From Gammaproteobacteria bacterium (GTDB taxonomy: Bacteria; Pseudomonadota; Gammaproteobacteria; JBCCGL01): a DNA stretch of 64,000 nt. The stretch is taken from positions 2,528,001 to 2,592,000 of the forward strand of contig OZ255836.1 of assembly GCA_965277715.1 (NCBI GenBank), given 5' to 3'. Of the stretch, positions 1 through 11,378 are shown piece by piece. The translations under genes and the position numbers were made by a program. Within the stretch, counting starts at the first letter, position 1. The number at the start of each line of letters is the position of its first letter. Below the pieces are notes generated by a model. That model was not told where the DNA came from. It was given only the letters and a program-made list of their open reading frames with translations, and made no database searches.

Positions 1-1
1 T

Positions 2-424
2 TTTTGTGACATTGGTGTCGCGGTAAGCTCAGACCGTGGCCTGGTAGTGCCGATACTGCGCAATGCCGAGTATCTATCGATGGCGCAAATAGAGGCGGGC
101 ATTGCCGAATACGCCGCCCAGGCACGCGACGGAAAACTCTCGATTGAAGCGATGACAGGCGGCACCTTTACCATCACTAACGGCGGTGTTTTTGGTTCCA
201 TGCTCTCCACCCCCATTTTGAATCCCCCACAGAGCGCAATTTTAGGTATGCACGCCACCCAAGACCGCGTTGTGGTTGAAAATGGCGAAATCGTTATCCG
301 GCCAATGATGTACGTCGCGCTGTCTTACGACCACCGAATCATCGATGGCAAAGGTGCCGTCACCTTCCTGAAAACAATCAAGGGGTTAATCGAGGAGCCT
401 GCCAGAATCCTACTGGACATTTAA
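2..424 (+). CDS. sucB: Dihydrolipoyllysine succinyltransferase (E2 of 2-oxoglutarate dehydrogenase), 5'-truncated by window edge
   Basis: [30 protein letters not shown] and [10 protein letters not shown] catalytic motifs; frame open from base 2; followed by lpdA-sucCD. Confidence 0.96.
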   Translation, partial: FCDIGVAVSSDRGLVVPILRNAEYLSMAQIEAGIAEYAAQARDGKLSIEAMTGGTFTITNGGVFGSMLSTPILNPPQSAILGMHATQDRVVVENGEIVIRPMMYVALSYDHRIIDGKGAVTFLKTIKGLIEEPARILLDI

Positions 425-599
425 TGATCGACCATTGAGGGTGCCGGAAAACATTGCGCACGCAACCGGACACCCTCTTTCACACCCGGTGCTCAACTCA
501 GCCTTATTGAGCTGGGCACGGGAATATGCGTCGCTGCCCTGTTTCAGGTACGCGCTGAAACAGACGCCATCACCCGGTGCTTTTGCACCGATGACGTAG

Positions 600-2063
<1,464 letters not shown>

Positions 2064-2095
2064 CCGACTCTAGACAACACCCTGGAAATGAGCTT

Positions 2096-3265
2096 ATGAA
2101 CCTACACGAATATCAATCGAAGTCCCTGTTTCGCGACTACGGTATCCCCGTACCGAATGGCAAGGTAGCGTTCTCACCAGACGAAGCGGTCTCGGCGGCG
2201 CACACGCTGAACGGTGAACGCTGGATCGTTAAGGCACAAGTCCACGCGGGTGGGCGCGGCAAAGCGGGGGGTGTAAAAATGGCCGATACCGCCGCCCAGG
2301 CCGGTGATATTGCCAAATCGATGCTGGGCACAAACCTGGTCACCTTCCAAACCGATGCCAATGGCCAACCGATCAATCGCATACTGGTGGAAGAAACCTG
2401 TGACATCGCCAACGAACTGTACCTCGGTGCAGTGCTCGACCGCGCACAGCGCCGGGTCGTGATCATGGCCTCCACCGAAGGCGGCGTTGAAATCGAAAAA
2501 GTCGCCCACGAAACCCCAGAGAAGATTTTGAAAGCCACCATCGACCCGTTAGTGGGTGTTATGCCCTACCAGTGCCGCGAGCTGGCCTTTGGCCTGGGCC
2601 TGAGTGGTAATCAAATCAAACAATTCTCAAAACTGTTGATGGGGCTGGGCAAACTGTTCATCGAAAAAGACCTGGCGCTGGTCGAAGTCAACCCGCTGGT
2701 GATTACCGGCAGCGGTGACCTGCTGTGCCTGGACGGCAAAATCAACATCGACAGCAACGCCCTGTTCCGCCACCCGGAACTGATCGAAATGCGCGATAAA
2801 AGCCAAGAGGACGAACGCGAAAACCGTGCGGCGGAATGGGATCTCAACTACGTGGCACTGGACGGCGAAATCGGCTGCATGGTCAACGGCGCCGGGTTGG
2901 CCATGGCGACCATGGACATCATCAAACTCAACGGCGGGGACCCGGCCAACTTCCTCGACGTGGGCGGCGGCGCCACCACAGAGCGCGTCGCCGAGGCGCT
3001 GAAAATCATCCTCTCTGACAACAAAGTAAAGGGCATTCTGGTGAACATCTTTGGCGGCATCGTGCGCTGTGACCTGATTGCCGAAGGCATTATCGCGGCG
3101 GTCGCCGAAGTCAATATTGCCGTGCCCATCGTCGTGCGACTGGAGGGCACAAAAGCACCCGAGGGCACCGACATTCTAAACAACAGTGATTTAAACCTGA
3201 TCGCCGCGCAAGACCTCGGCGAAGCTGCCGCAAAAATTGTCGCCGCCGTAGGAGAAGTGAAATGA
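2096..3265 (+). CDS. sucC: Succinyl-CoA synthetase beta subunit
   Basis: MNLHEYQ start, [36 protein letters not shown]. Confidence 0.98.
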   Translation: MNLHEYQSKSLFRDYGIPVPNGKVAFSPDEAVSAAHTLNGERWIVKAQVHAGGRGKAGGVKMADTAAQAGDIAKSMLGTNLVTFQTDANGQPINRILVEETCDIANELYLGAVLDRAQRRVVIMASTEGGVEIEKVAHETPEKILKATIDPLVGVMPYQCRELAFGLGLSGNQIKQFSKLLMGLGKLFIEKDLALVEVNPLVITGSGDLLCLDGKINIDSNALFRHPELIEMRDKSQEDERENRAAEWDLNYVALDGEIGCMVNGAGLAMATMDIIKLNGGDPANFLDVGGGATTERVAEALKIILSDNKVKGILVNIFGGIVRCDLIAEGIIAAVAEVNIAVPIVVRLEGTKAPEGTDILNNSDLNLIAAQDLGEAAAKIVAAVGEVK

Positions 3266-4134
3266 GCGTACTCGTCGATAAAAACACCAAAGTTATCTGC
3301 CAGGGTTTTACTGGCAAACAAGGCACCTTTCACTGCGAACAGGCGATTGCCTACGGCACCCAAATGGTGGGTGGCGTCACCCCAGGCAAGGGCGGACAAA
3401 GCCACCTGGGCCTGCCGGTATTCAACACCGTGCGCGATGCGGTAACCACGACCGGCGCGGATGCCAGCGTCATCTACGTACCGGCACCGTTTTGCAAAGA
3501 CTCGATCATCGAGGCCGCCGAAGCGGGCGTTGCCCTGATTGTTTGCATCACCGAAGGTATCCCCACACTGGACATGCTGGAGGCAAAAATCGCCGTAGAG
3601 CAAAGCGGGGCACGGCTTATCGGTCCCAACTGCCCAGGCATCATCACCCCGGACGAATGCAAAATCGGCATCATGCCCGGCGCTATCCACCAGGCGGGTA
3701 AAGTCGGCGTAGTATCCCGCTCGGGCACCTTGACTTACGAATGTGTCAAACAAACCAGCGATTTGCACTATGGGCAGAGCACCTGTATTGGCATCGGCGG
3801 TGACCCCATTCCCGGTACCAACTTTATCGACGCACTGACCCTATTTGAGGCTGATCCATCGACCCAGGCCATTTTGATGGTGGGTGAAATTGGCGGCACG
3901 GCGGAGGAGGAGGCGGCGGAATTTATCCAGAGTAATGTGAGCAAACCGGTGGTGTCTTATATTGCCGGTGTCACCGCGCCCAAAGGTAAGCGAATGGGTC
4001 ATGCCGGTGCGATTATTGCCGGTGGCAAAGGCACGGCAGCGGAGAAATTTGCGGCACTGGAAAAAGCCGGTGTACACACCGTCAGGTCACCAGCGGAGCT
4101 GGGCAAGGGTGTGCAACAGACTACGGGGTGGTAA
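3262..4134 (+). CDS. sucD: Succinyl-CoA synthetase alpha subunit
   Basis: [24 protein letters not shown] phospho-His motif; ATGA overlap with sucC. Confidence 0.98.
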   Translation: MSVLVDKNTKVICQGFTGKQGTFHCEQAIAYGTQMVGGVTPGKGGQSHLGLPVFNTVRDAVTTTGADASVIYVPAPFCKDSIIEAAEAGVALIVCITEGIPTLDMLEAKIAVEQSGARLIGPNCPGIITPDECKIGIMPGAIHQAGKVGVVSRSGTLTYECVKQTSDLHYGQSTCIGIGGDPIPGTNFIDALTLFEADPSTQAILMVGEIGGTAEEEAAEFIQSNVSKPVVSYIAGVTAPKGKRMGHAGAIIAGGKGTAAEKFAALEKAGVHTVRSPAELGKGVQQTTGW

Positions 4135-4150
4135 ACCGTGTGAATCTCAT

Positions 4151-4178
4151 GTGTTCCCCCTCGTTATGAGGGGAACAC
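4151..4178 (+). terminator. Hairpin downstream of sucD
   Basis: GTGTTCCCCCTC-GTTAT-GAGGGGAACAC inverted repeat (one bulge); no clear U-tract. Confidence 0.5.
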
Positions 4179-4209
4179 TGAATCTAAAGCGCTTTTACCA
4201 GCATTTCAG

Positions 4210-4325
4210 CTTCAGCCCCTTAGACGCCCCCGCTACGATTCAACTGCGGAATTTAGGTTAAACGAGACCTTGCTAAGATTGAAGCTAAGGTTACTCTGAC
4301 TCAGTGGATGCTGGGGTTGGTGATT
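4210..4325 (+). repeat. 116-bp direct repeat, left copy
   Basis: Matches 19602-19717 with 2 mismatches. Confidence 0.93.
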
Positions 4326-4347
4326 GCAGTTGAGGTTGTACCATTTT

Positions 4348-4797
4348 CCAGGCAGAGGTTAATCAACTCCATCCGTCTAATGCCGGTGCTATACAGCACT
4401 TCCAGTATTGCCCGGTCGCGGATACCTTCCATTGTCTGAGTATCGGGCTGGGCCAGCACATGCTCGGCTTCTGCGGCGGTTAATGTCGCTTTGGGTAAAC
4501 GCCTGCCAATCTTGGATAATTCCAGCTCTGAAGCCGGATTATAGAGCAGGTAATTTTGTCTCATCGCCCACTTAAAGAAGCTGCGTAATGGGATCAGTCG
4601 CGTGACCTGGTTACGGGCTGTCAGCGGCTTGCCAGTTCTATCCAGCGTATGGTGTAGATGTTTGCGATACCGCTCCAGGATCCAGGATCGGCTTGGTGAT
4701 GTCGTTAGCGCGGGTCAGTGATCGCAGTTCACACCAGTCGGCGAAGTTTGTCAGGGCAGCTTTGTGCTGACCGATGGTACGCGGCGAATAGTGCATG
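4348..4797 (-). pseudogene. XerC/XerD-like tyrosine recombinase fragment
   Basis: YSPRTI..., LRSFFKWA..QNYLLYNPA, RDRAILEVLYSTGIRRMEL (box I Arg); frameshifted by a 7-bp duplication TCCAGGA at 4674-4687; C-terminal catalytic residues absent. Confidence 0.85.
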
Positions 4798-4820
4798 GCC
4801 TAGCGGTGTTCCATAAGACC

Positions 4821-4934
4821 ATGCCCTGGATTCAGATGCGCGGCCAGTGGCTGGAACAGATCGGGTTTAGTATTGATACACCGATTACCGTTAGGGCAAT
4901 GGATGGGTGTTTGGTGCTGACTGCTGAACAGTAG
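4821..4934 (+). pseudogene. symE: SymE-family (type I toxin, AbrB fold) C-terminal fragment; not in the ORF track
   Basis: Translates MPWIQMRGQWLEQIGFSIDTPITVRAMDGCLVLTAEQ*, matching the SymE pattern GxWLxxxGF...V..M.GC.VLTA. Confidence 0.8.
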
Positions 4935-4947
4935 CCCTAAAGACAAA

Positions 4948-4965
4948 ACCCCGCTAATGCGGGGT
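4948..4965. terminator. Hairpin between convergent symE and putative immunity gene
   Basis: ACCCCGC-TAAT-GCGGGGT with an A-run on the left (U-tract on the minus strand). Confidence 0.6.
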
Positions 4966-4985
4966 CCGTTCACTCAAAAAAGCTA

Positions 4986-5549
4986 TCACTTTTCTCCTAG
5001 AGACTTTCTTTCTTCAATTAGCTTAGCCACCACTGTGTGATATTCGGAGAGCCTACCCTCCAGAACAACCGCAGAAAAACTCTTAAAACGGTCATTGTAT
5101 ATATACTGATATGCACCTCCACACATGACCGAAACAACATCATTGCCAACAACGGAAACAACTGGGCCTTTACCGTCACTGATGAAGAAGGCTATTCCAT
5201 TATTTCCTTCTTCACAGGAATAGATACCAGCCAGCAATGAAAGTGTTAACTCGGATCGTTTTATGTAATGACTAGCTTTTTCTATATCTCCCATCAATAA
5301 ATAAGCATGTGCAATTCGAGCATTTAGTCGATAATTCGGTGATTCATGAAACTTAACTGCCGATGCATCTAAATATTGATCAACCGCTTTTTTATATAAG
5401 CCAACTCGAAAATACTTCTCCCCTAAACATACGAGACTATTATATTCTTCTTGATGCTCAATAAGCTCCACAGCATCACAGTCAGGAACCACTGCAGTAC
5501 TATAACCAGGCAATATCAATACAGATAAAATCAGTAAATAACGAACCAT
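4986..5549 (-). CDS. Secreted TPR-like protein, putative immunity protein for the upstream M23 peptidase
   Basis: N-terminal signal peptide, TPR-like helix pair, AGGAGG RBS, 13 bp downstream of the M23 ORF; immunity role is inference. Confidence 0.6.
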   Translation of the reverse strand: MVRYLLILSVLILPGYSTAVVPDCDAVELIEHQEEYNSLVCLGEKYFRVGLYKKAVDQYLDASAVKFHESPNYRLNARIAHAYLLMGDIEKASHYIKRSELTLSLLAGIYSCEEGNNGIAFFISDGKGPVVSVVGNDVVSVMCGGAYQYIYNDRFKSFSAVVLEGRLSEYHTVVAKLIEERKSLGEK

Positions 5550-5562
5550 AAAACCTCCTGCT

Positions 5563-6051
5563 TTATGGAGATGGAATCAGTGTTGTTGGATCAACATTAG
5601 TAGCGCCTGTATTCCAAGGACTAGCTGTTCCGTTATTCACCCAAATATCAACGTGAACATGCTCAGTTATACCGGGGTATCTAGTTCCAAGTTGCCGATA
5701 CGTACCTAAACTCTGTCCTGCTGATACAGTAGAACCTGGCGCAATACCATTGGCCGGATCAACGTAAAGCTGCCTCACTACATGGCCATCGGTGGTTTCA
5801 ATAGCAATGTATCTGTAAGACAAATCGTCGCTATATGGATAGCCAACTTTGGTCACTGTCCCCTCTGCAGCTGCTACAACATCTTGACCTGGTGTCGCAA
5901 TATAATCAGCACCGGCATGGCTCCGTGCTCCACCGTCTCGACTAGCACCGTAGTTACCACACCCTAGACCTGGCCTATCACAACCACGGACTTTTCCACC
6001 TGTCGGATTTACCCATTTCCCCTTTTGTGCAAACGCACGCACCCGAGGCAC
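5563..6051 (-). CDS. M23-family metallopeptidase domain (orphan toxin-like module)
   Basis: HAGAD (HxxxD) and HVH zinc motifs; no signal peptide; start uncertain. Confidence 0.8.
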   Translation of the reverse strand: MPRVRAFAQKGKWVNPTGGKVRGCDRPGLGCGNYGASRDGGARSHAGADYIATPGQDVVAAAEGTVTKVGYPYSDDLSYRYIAIETTDGHVVRQLYVDPANGIAPGSTVSAGQSLGTYRQLGTRYPGITEHVHVDIWVNNGTASPWNTGATNVDPTTLIPSP

Positions 6052-6373
6052 ATCGTAACTTAGCTACCCGCTTTTCCCAACGCGATCAACGATTTAAAGA
6101 GCTTGCGACCAGACGCTTTTTCTCATCTCCAGTAAAAAACTCCCGACGCGCTTTTTTGTTTAAACAGCACGTCGCCCAGTGCCCACTTTACTCCTTAGCC
6201 ATCGGTTCAAGCAAGCGGTTAAATGCCGCGACAGACTTTCTTCCTTAGCCGCTGTTTTTGCTTTTCAAGGGGGCAACCAGGGCAAGCGGGCACGAGCAAG
6301 GAGCGTTAGCGACTGCGAGCTACTTTGTCCTGACTGCCGGGTGGGCGGGGACAATAAACGTGCGAAGCACACC

Positions 6374-6969
6374 TTGATGAGCGTCACATAGTCATGCCCT
6401 TTACGGTGGGACTTCTCATCAATACCCAGGTACTCAATTGTCACCAATTCCCGACGCGAAAGTCCCCGTTCGACAGCGCGGGCTTTGATGGCTTCCACTG
6501 CGTTCCAGCTAAGTCCCAGTAACTTACGCGCCTCTTCGACGCTACGTGAGGCTTGCAACACCCTGATAGAAAATAATTCAAACAACAACGTAAAACGATT
6601 GCGCTTGCTTGCCCAGGGTAACGCCATACTTTTAACACCATGCTCCAGACAATTTACTCGGGGAATAAGACTGTGTAGGCGCGTTTCAAACTGCATAGTA
6701 TCCAGGTGTCTCCAGGATCGCTCTTGTGAGCGGTGATCATAGAACGGACTCACTTCGCCACAGTGCGAGCAAGGGCCGTGGTTGCCGCTAAACGCCAACG
6801 AAATGGATACTTTTAACCCTGAAGGGTCTAAATCAACTGATGTCACTGACCAGTCATCTGTCAGGCCCAGGAGCTGGCTGTAGTGTTCTTCAAGGCTCGA
6901 TAGCACCGGAGTCTCTCAATAGCAAAGGGGGATGAAATACTATAACCTCACACAAACCGGGGAAGAACC
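6374..6969 (-). mobile_element. ISL3-family IS, 5' fragment
   Basis: ORF with zinc finger (CSHCG...CLEHG), RSWRHLD, LPWA, LGIDEKS, truncated after HDYVTLI; left end GGTTCTTCCCCGGTTTGTGTGAGG at 6969. Confidence 0.88.
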
Positions 6970-7115
6970 TGCTGGATTAGTGGGGCATGGTTCAACCAGA
7001 AGGGGGCGTATAACGCCGGATTTTAGAGTCGCGCCATTTTTTGAGCATGTTAAGTTAAATGTAATGGGTTATTGAAGAGAAATGAGTTGTCCATAGCAAA
7101 GGTAAAAGTATTTTT
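6969..7115 (+). repeat. ~147-bp direct repeat copy 1 (3' end of a gene plus downstream region)
   Basis: Near identical to 8731-8880. Confidence 0.9.
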
Positions 7116-7187
7116 TATAAATGCAATTAGCGTATTTTGTAACCTGATATAGAGTTTTGGACAATGAGGGGAATTTAGGGTGTTTCA

Positions 7188-8189
7188 ATGAAAATAAATA
7201 AATTGTTTGTGATTGATGTGGCGTTAGCGATAGTGCCTATTTTTTTAATTGGAATGTTAGTATATTTCATTTCTTTTAGTATCCCATTGTTGGCTGATGA
7301 CTCTTTGATAGGGTGCGAAAAACGGTTTGAAGGCTATATAAATTTAAATAAAGAAGATAAAGTGAAAGTTATGGCGGTGCAGAATTTTATTCTGACAGAA
7401 ATAGTTGAAAATGGCTTTTTGTGTGCGAAGCATATAGCTGAAAAAAATAAAACTGAAGGATATAAAGACTATTTTGTTGCGTTAGCCTATTATTTTGATT
7501 ATGGAGATAAAAAATCTTATAAAAAAGTTTATAGTTCGCTAGAAAAATTTAACCGTGTTTGTGACTACCTGAAGTTAAAAAATACAGGAAAAACGAACGA
7601 TTGTTCGGTATCACACTTAATGGCATCTTTTGTTAGTTATGAAATGGAGAATGGTTACTATGAGTATTTGAGTGGCAAGGAGCAACTAAGTTCAGTATAT
7701 GGAAATTTTTCCATATCGGGAATATATTTTCCAAATGCAGAAGTATCTAAAAATATAAAATACAATTTTTTAAATAGTGAGATAATTGATAAAAAAAGAA
7801 AATTAGATTTTTTTTCGAAAGTACAAAAAATTAGCTACCTTTTCTCTTATGAGATACTTAAAGCGCTTCCTTTGCGCGAGGGAAAAGATAAGGAAATATT
7901 TTTGTTAGGAAAAAACATTGGAACGACAAAAATCAACCACTCTTTATTGGGAGATATTAATTCATTAAGGGGTGAGCTAAAACAGCAAATTGATATTATT
8001 TTTTATTTAAAAGGTAATAAAGAAAAACTTTCGTCTTCCGAGTTTTATTGCCGTTCCAGATTGTTTGTTATGGATCTAATAAATTCAGAGAGTTTTTCTA
8101 TAAATAAATATAAAAATATATATGATAATTGTATAAAGCATACAGATAATATTTTTGATAAAAAGAACTCTAGAGAGTTTTATATGTAA
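7188..8189 (+). CDS. Hypothetical AT-rich protein with N-terminal membrane anchor
   Basis: 333-aa ORF, hydrophobic N-terminus, very low GC. Confidence 0.65.
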   Translation: MKINKLFVIDVALAIVPIFLIGMLVYFISFSIPLLADDSLIGCEKRFEGYINLNKEDKVKVMAVQNFILTEIVENGFLCAKHIAEKNKTEGYKDYFVALAYYFDYGDKKSYKKVYSSLEKFNRVCDYLKLKNTGKTNDCSVSHLMASFVSYEMENGYYEYLSGKEQLSSVYGNFSISGIYFPNAEVSKNIKYNFLNSEIIDKKRKLDFFSKVQKISYLFSYEILKALPLREGKDKEIFLLGKNIGTTKINHSLLGDINSLRGELKQQIDIIFYLKGNKEKLSSSEFYCRSRLFVMDLINSESFSINKYKNIYDNCIKHTDNIFDKKNSREFYM

Positions 8190-8253
8190 AAGGTTTAATT
8201 GTCGGGTGTAAGTGGAAAAATAATTTCAAGATTAAGTTGGCGGGCATATTCTC

Positions 8254-8415
8254 ATGAGTTTTGTAAATACAAATGAAACAGAAGGTAATAAATCTGAAGA
8301 TGTTGGTGGCCAAAAAAACGAGCCTGCTGACTTTAACCACAGTTTCGCAGTAGAAGCATTCGATAGTAGATTTAGCGAATTCGGAGAAATTCGTGGCACA
8401 TTTAGTCATGTTTGA
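8254..8415 (+). pseudogene. 53-aa stub, probable truncated N-terminus of a larger protein
   Basis: MSFVNTNETEGNKSEDVGGQKNEPADFNHSF...; ends at the junction with the higher-GC fragment starting near 8412. Confidence 0.4.
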
Positions 8416-8840
8416 TGCGAGGTGTTAACGAAACAGCGATAGAACGCTTGTTGGCACTTATACGACAACTGAAGCCGCGCCATGCGATGCTAGGGTTTAA
8501 AAATGTAGGTGCGTTGGGTCGGTACGATACGCAGGCCGAGCAGTGCAATTTTTCGTTGGCTGAAATGCAGGGGTTATTAGCACGGGCGATTGGCCGTAGC
8601 GTCGAAGAGTTGAATCAATTTGACAATGCGAGGTTGACAGGAGAGTTTAAGGCACGTTTATATCCAATCGACTTGCAATCGAGGCCTGGGTCAGGGATTT
8701 GGGTGAGGCTGACGGATTGGCGGGTGGACACTGCTGGATTAGTGGGGCATGGTTCAACCAGAAGGGGGTGTATAACGCCGGATTTTAGAGTCGCGCCATT
8801 TTTTTGAGCATGTTTTAAGTTAAATGTAATGGGTTATTGA
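8412..8840 (+). pseudogene. 3' fragment of an unidentified gene (tentatively radical-SAM-like)
   Basis: Higher-GC fragment GVNE..IERLL...FKNVGALGRY...RVAPFF; the copy at ~7030 continues in frame as APFFEHVKLN. Confidence 0.4.
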
Positions 8841-8880
8841 AGAGAAATGAGTTGCCCATAGCAAGGGTAAAAGTATTTTT
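8731..8880 (+). repeat. ~150-bp direct repeat copy 2
   Basis: Near identical to 6969-7115, with small T-run indels. Confidence 0.9.
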
Positions 8881-8980
8881 AATAGCATTTTTTTATTGAA
8901 GTGTTTGATGCGATGCATGATTTACCCGAGAGGATATCGCAACAATCTAGGAAAAGCCACTTATTTGTGAGTGAAATCAA

Positions 8981-9871
8981 TTGTTTTTTTATGTATATGT
9001 AGGAATTCATGTGATGAAATTAGCTAGAAAATTGAGTTTTTCAAGCAACCTTATTCTTGTTTTGATAGGGAAAAAAGTCATATTGCTTGCTGGCATACTG
9101 TCTTTATTTGGTTGCACGATGGCCAGTAACCAAACTGGATTTCTAAAACACCATTCGACGTTCTCTCCTATAAAAGGTGTTGAATACGAGAAAAGGCCGG
9201 ATATTGTTTTTGATAATCCAGAAAATTCAACGATTATTATTTATTCTCACGGAACGACCAGTTCTTTGAACAAAGAAGATTGTTCTAAATCTGTAAATAA
9301 TGTTCCAGATTCTATTCTTGCTTTAGAAGAAGAGTTGGAAACATATGTGTTTTATCTATGCTCAGATATTGGTGGACCAGGAGCACCAGGTTCTTATGTT
9401 GTGAAACGTTCTTATGAAATTAAGAAAACTATAGAAAACTTTCTTTCCCTAGGAGTTAAACCAAAAAATATATTTATTGCAGGTCAGTCAGCGGGTGGAT
9501 GGTCTTCCTTGTTATTAATGGATTATGTCGATGTATTGTTTAATGCTGCTATTGTTACAGCGCCCGCAATGGCAGGAAAGCGAAAAACAAGAGATTTGAG
9601 ATGGTCGCAAGCGAGAAGCCGTCAAATAAAAAGAATGATGGACTACAAAAAGATAGATTCTCTTGTCTTTGCTTATTATGGAGACCCGTATGAACAGCCT
9701 GAAGATTTGCAATTTTTGACTGATAGTTTTCCTGAAACGGTAAAAATGATTGCTTATAGTTGTGGATATGGTGATGCACATGGTACGGCGCAATACGATT
9801 GTCTTGAATATAAAACCATTAAAATTATAAAAGAGTACATTAATCAACAAAGAAACAGTTTTCCGAGTTGA
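8981..9871 (+). CDS. Alpha/beta-hydrolase fold protein, possibly a lipoprotein
   Basis: YSHG, GQSAGG nucleophile elbow, downstream Asp (GDPYE) and His; LFGC lipobox-like; true start probably downstream of 8981. Confidence 0.75.
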   Translation: MFFYVYVGIHVMKLARKLSFSSNLILVLIGKKVILLAGILSLFGCTMASNQTGFLKHHSTFSPIKGVEYEKRPDIVFDNPENSTIIIYSHGTTSSLNKEDCSKSVNNVPDSILALEEELETYVFYLCSDIGGPGAPGSYVVKRSYEIKKTIENFLSLGVKPKNIFIAGQSAGGWSSLLLMDYVDVLFNAAIVTAPAMAGKRKTRDLRWSQARSRQIKRMMDYKKIDSLVFAYYGDPYEQPEDLQFLTDSFPETVKMIAYSCGYGDAHGTAQYDCLEYKTIKIIKEYINQQRNSFPS

Positions 9872-9969
9872 TATCAAGAATTAAATAAGATTTTTCTATA
9901 GAAAAATATAAAAAATTACAATAATCATAAATTTATCAAATATTTTCTCTTGTTAACTGGAGGTATTTA

Positions 9970-10161
9970 GTGGAAATTCTTTATTTTATTATAGTGTTGG
10001 TCTCGATCTCTATATATGTTTACAAATATATCGTTTCCCGAGAGAGTCACAAATCTAAGCTATCGTATTTTAAAATAGAAGCATTTGTCTCCAAGATATT
10101 TATCATAGTGTTTGTGCTAGTATTGGCTGTAATTATTATTAATAATAGATGGAGTCTTTAG
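9970..10161 (+). CDS. Small 2-TM membrane protein
   Basis: GGAGG RBS, two hydrophobic segments. Confidence 0.55.
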   Translation: MEILYFIIVLVSISIYVYKYIVSRESHKSKLSYFKIEAFVSKIFIIVFVLVLAVIIINNRWSL

Positions 10162-10163
10162 TT

Positions 10164-10295
10164 ATGTCTGACAATCTAGATTCTGTTCGTACCTCCGAAT
10201 ATATTGAAGCTTCGGAAAGTGATACAACTTTCTTTGAAACCATCCGTGACATATATGATCAAGTCGATGAAATTACAACCTTATTGTTGAGGTAG
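10164..10295 (+). pseudogene. 43-aa acidic stub ORF
   Basis: MSDNLDSVRTSEYIEASESDTTFFETIRDIYDQVDEITTLLLR*, GGAG upstream. Confidence 0.35.
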
Positions 10296-10299
10296 ACTC

Positions 10300-11376
10300 A
10301 TGTTGAAACAGGTTATTTTTACTATACACCTCATATTCTCTATGATACCAGGGTATGGTTTGTGTGTAGAAAAAAATTCAGAAGATAAATTAAATTTAGC
10401 TATTGATGCTTGGCTAAGTAACAATGATGAGGTGGCTATTCCAAGTTTAGCAAATTTAGCCAACGCTGGTAACGAAAGTGCGATGCTGCTGCTTTCTCAA
10501 ATAGAAAAAATACCGGGTAGACCATCTAGCTTCATTGCATCGTTAAATCGAAATGATAGAATAAAGTTATTTAGAGTTCCAGGAGGCATATCGGGCACGC
10601 CCTGGTTAAAGAAAGTTAAGAAAAAAAAAGAACTCGCACAAGCAATTATGCAAAAAAATATGATTCATGAGAGATTTAATGGGGTGAGAAAACTGTTAGA
10701 GTTAGGGGAGACAGGAGAAGCTATAAAAGGAATTATAGTTCTACCATATTATGGTCGTTATGACGAAATAGTATCACTAGGAACAGTAGAAAATTTTCCA
10801 AAAGAATTAGAATTTTTATTGTGGGAATCTGCGGTGCATGAGCTATCAAAATCTAAGGGGGATCAGTACATCTATAATAAAAAGCTAATAAACAAAGGGA
10901 AAGAAACTCTAAAATCAGGGAAAATGCAAGGTTTTATTTTTCTTTACTCGATTAGGGGGTTTTTATCAGATGAATCGCCAATGCGTGATGTTATAAATAT
11001 TGGTGAGTTAGCTTATCAAGGTATACTTAGTCAATCTTATTACGATTTCCCAGAGAGCGAAAGAAAAAAATACAATGAAAAAATTTCCGATCTTTTGCTT
11101 AACACCTCTGAAGTTACTCCATTAAGAAACTTATGTAAAGAAAAGTGCAAAAAATACGAAAAAAAATGCTTGATTTTTCTATTTAATGCTATAGGTGGTT
11201 ATTATGGTTTAATGCATATTCAATCACCTTTAAATAGCATTGTGTCCAGGGACAAATATTTTAATAGCGATCGATTTCAATGGGAATTGGGTGCGAAAAC
11301 TAATTCTAAAGCAGTGGATGAACTAAAAAAAGAATTGGAAATAAATGAAAATTGTGTATTAGATATTATTAGATAA
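10300..11376 (+). CDS. Secreted hypothetical protein
   Basis: Signal peptide; AIDAWL..D..AIP.LA.LA.AGN..A.LLL and PGG.SG.PW motifs recall an alphaproteobacterial conserved hypothetical family (recollection, unverified). Confidence 0.65.
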   Translation: MLKQVIFTIHLIFSMIPGYGLCVEKNSEDKLNLAIDAWLSNNDEVAIPSLANLANAGNESAMLLLSQIEKIPGRPSSFIASLNRNDRIKLFRVPGGISGTPWLKKVKKKKELAQAIMQKNMIHERFNGVRKLLELGETGEAIKGIIVLPYYGRYDEIVSLGTVENFPKELEFLLWESAVHELSKSKGDQYIYNKKLINKGKETLKSGKMQGFIFLYSIRGFLSDESPMRDVINIGELAYQGILSQSYYDFPESERKKYNEKISDLLLNTSEVTPLRNLCKEKCKKYEKKCLIFLFNAIGGYYGLMHIQSPLNSIVSRDKYFNSDRFQWELGAKTNSKAVDELKKELEINENCVLDIIR

Positions 11377-11378
11377 AT

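Noticed and set aside
2848-3768. 306-aa antisense ORF over sucC/sucD, and similar shadow ORFs throughout
   Set aside because: Antisense or alternate-frame artefacts of GC-rich coding sequence
4135-4330. tRNA/tmRNA attachment site at the island edge
   Set aside because: No cloverleaf or T-loop/CCA pattern; the sequence is an interspersed repeat
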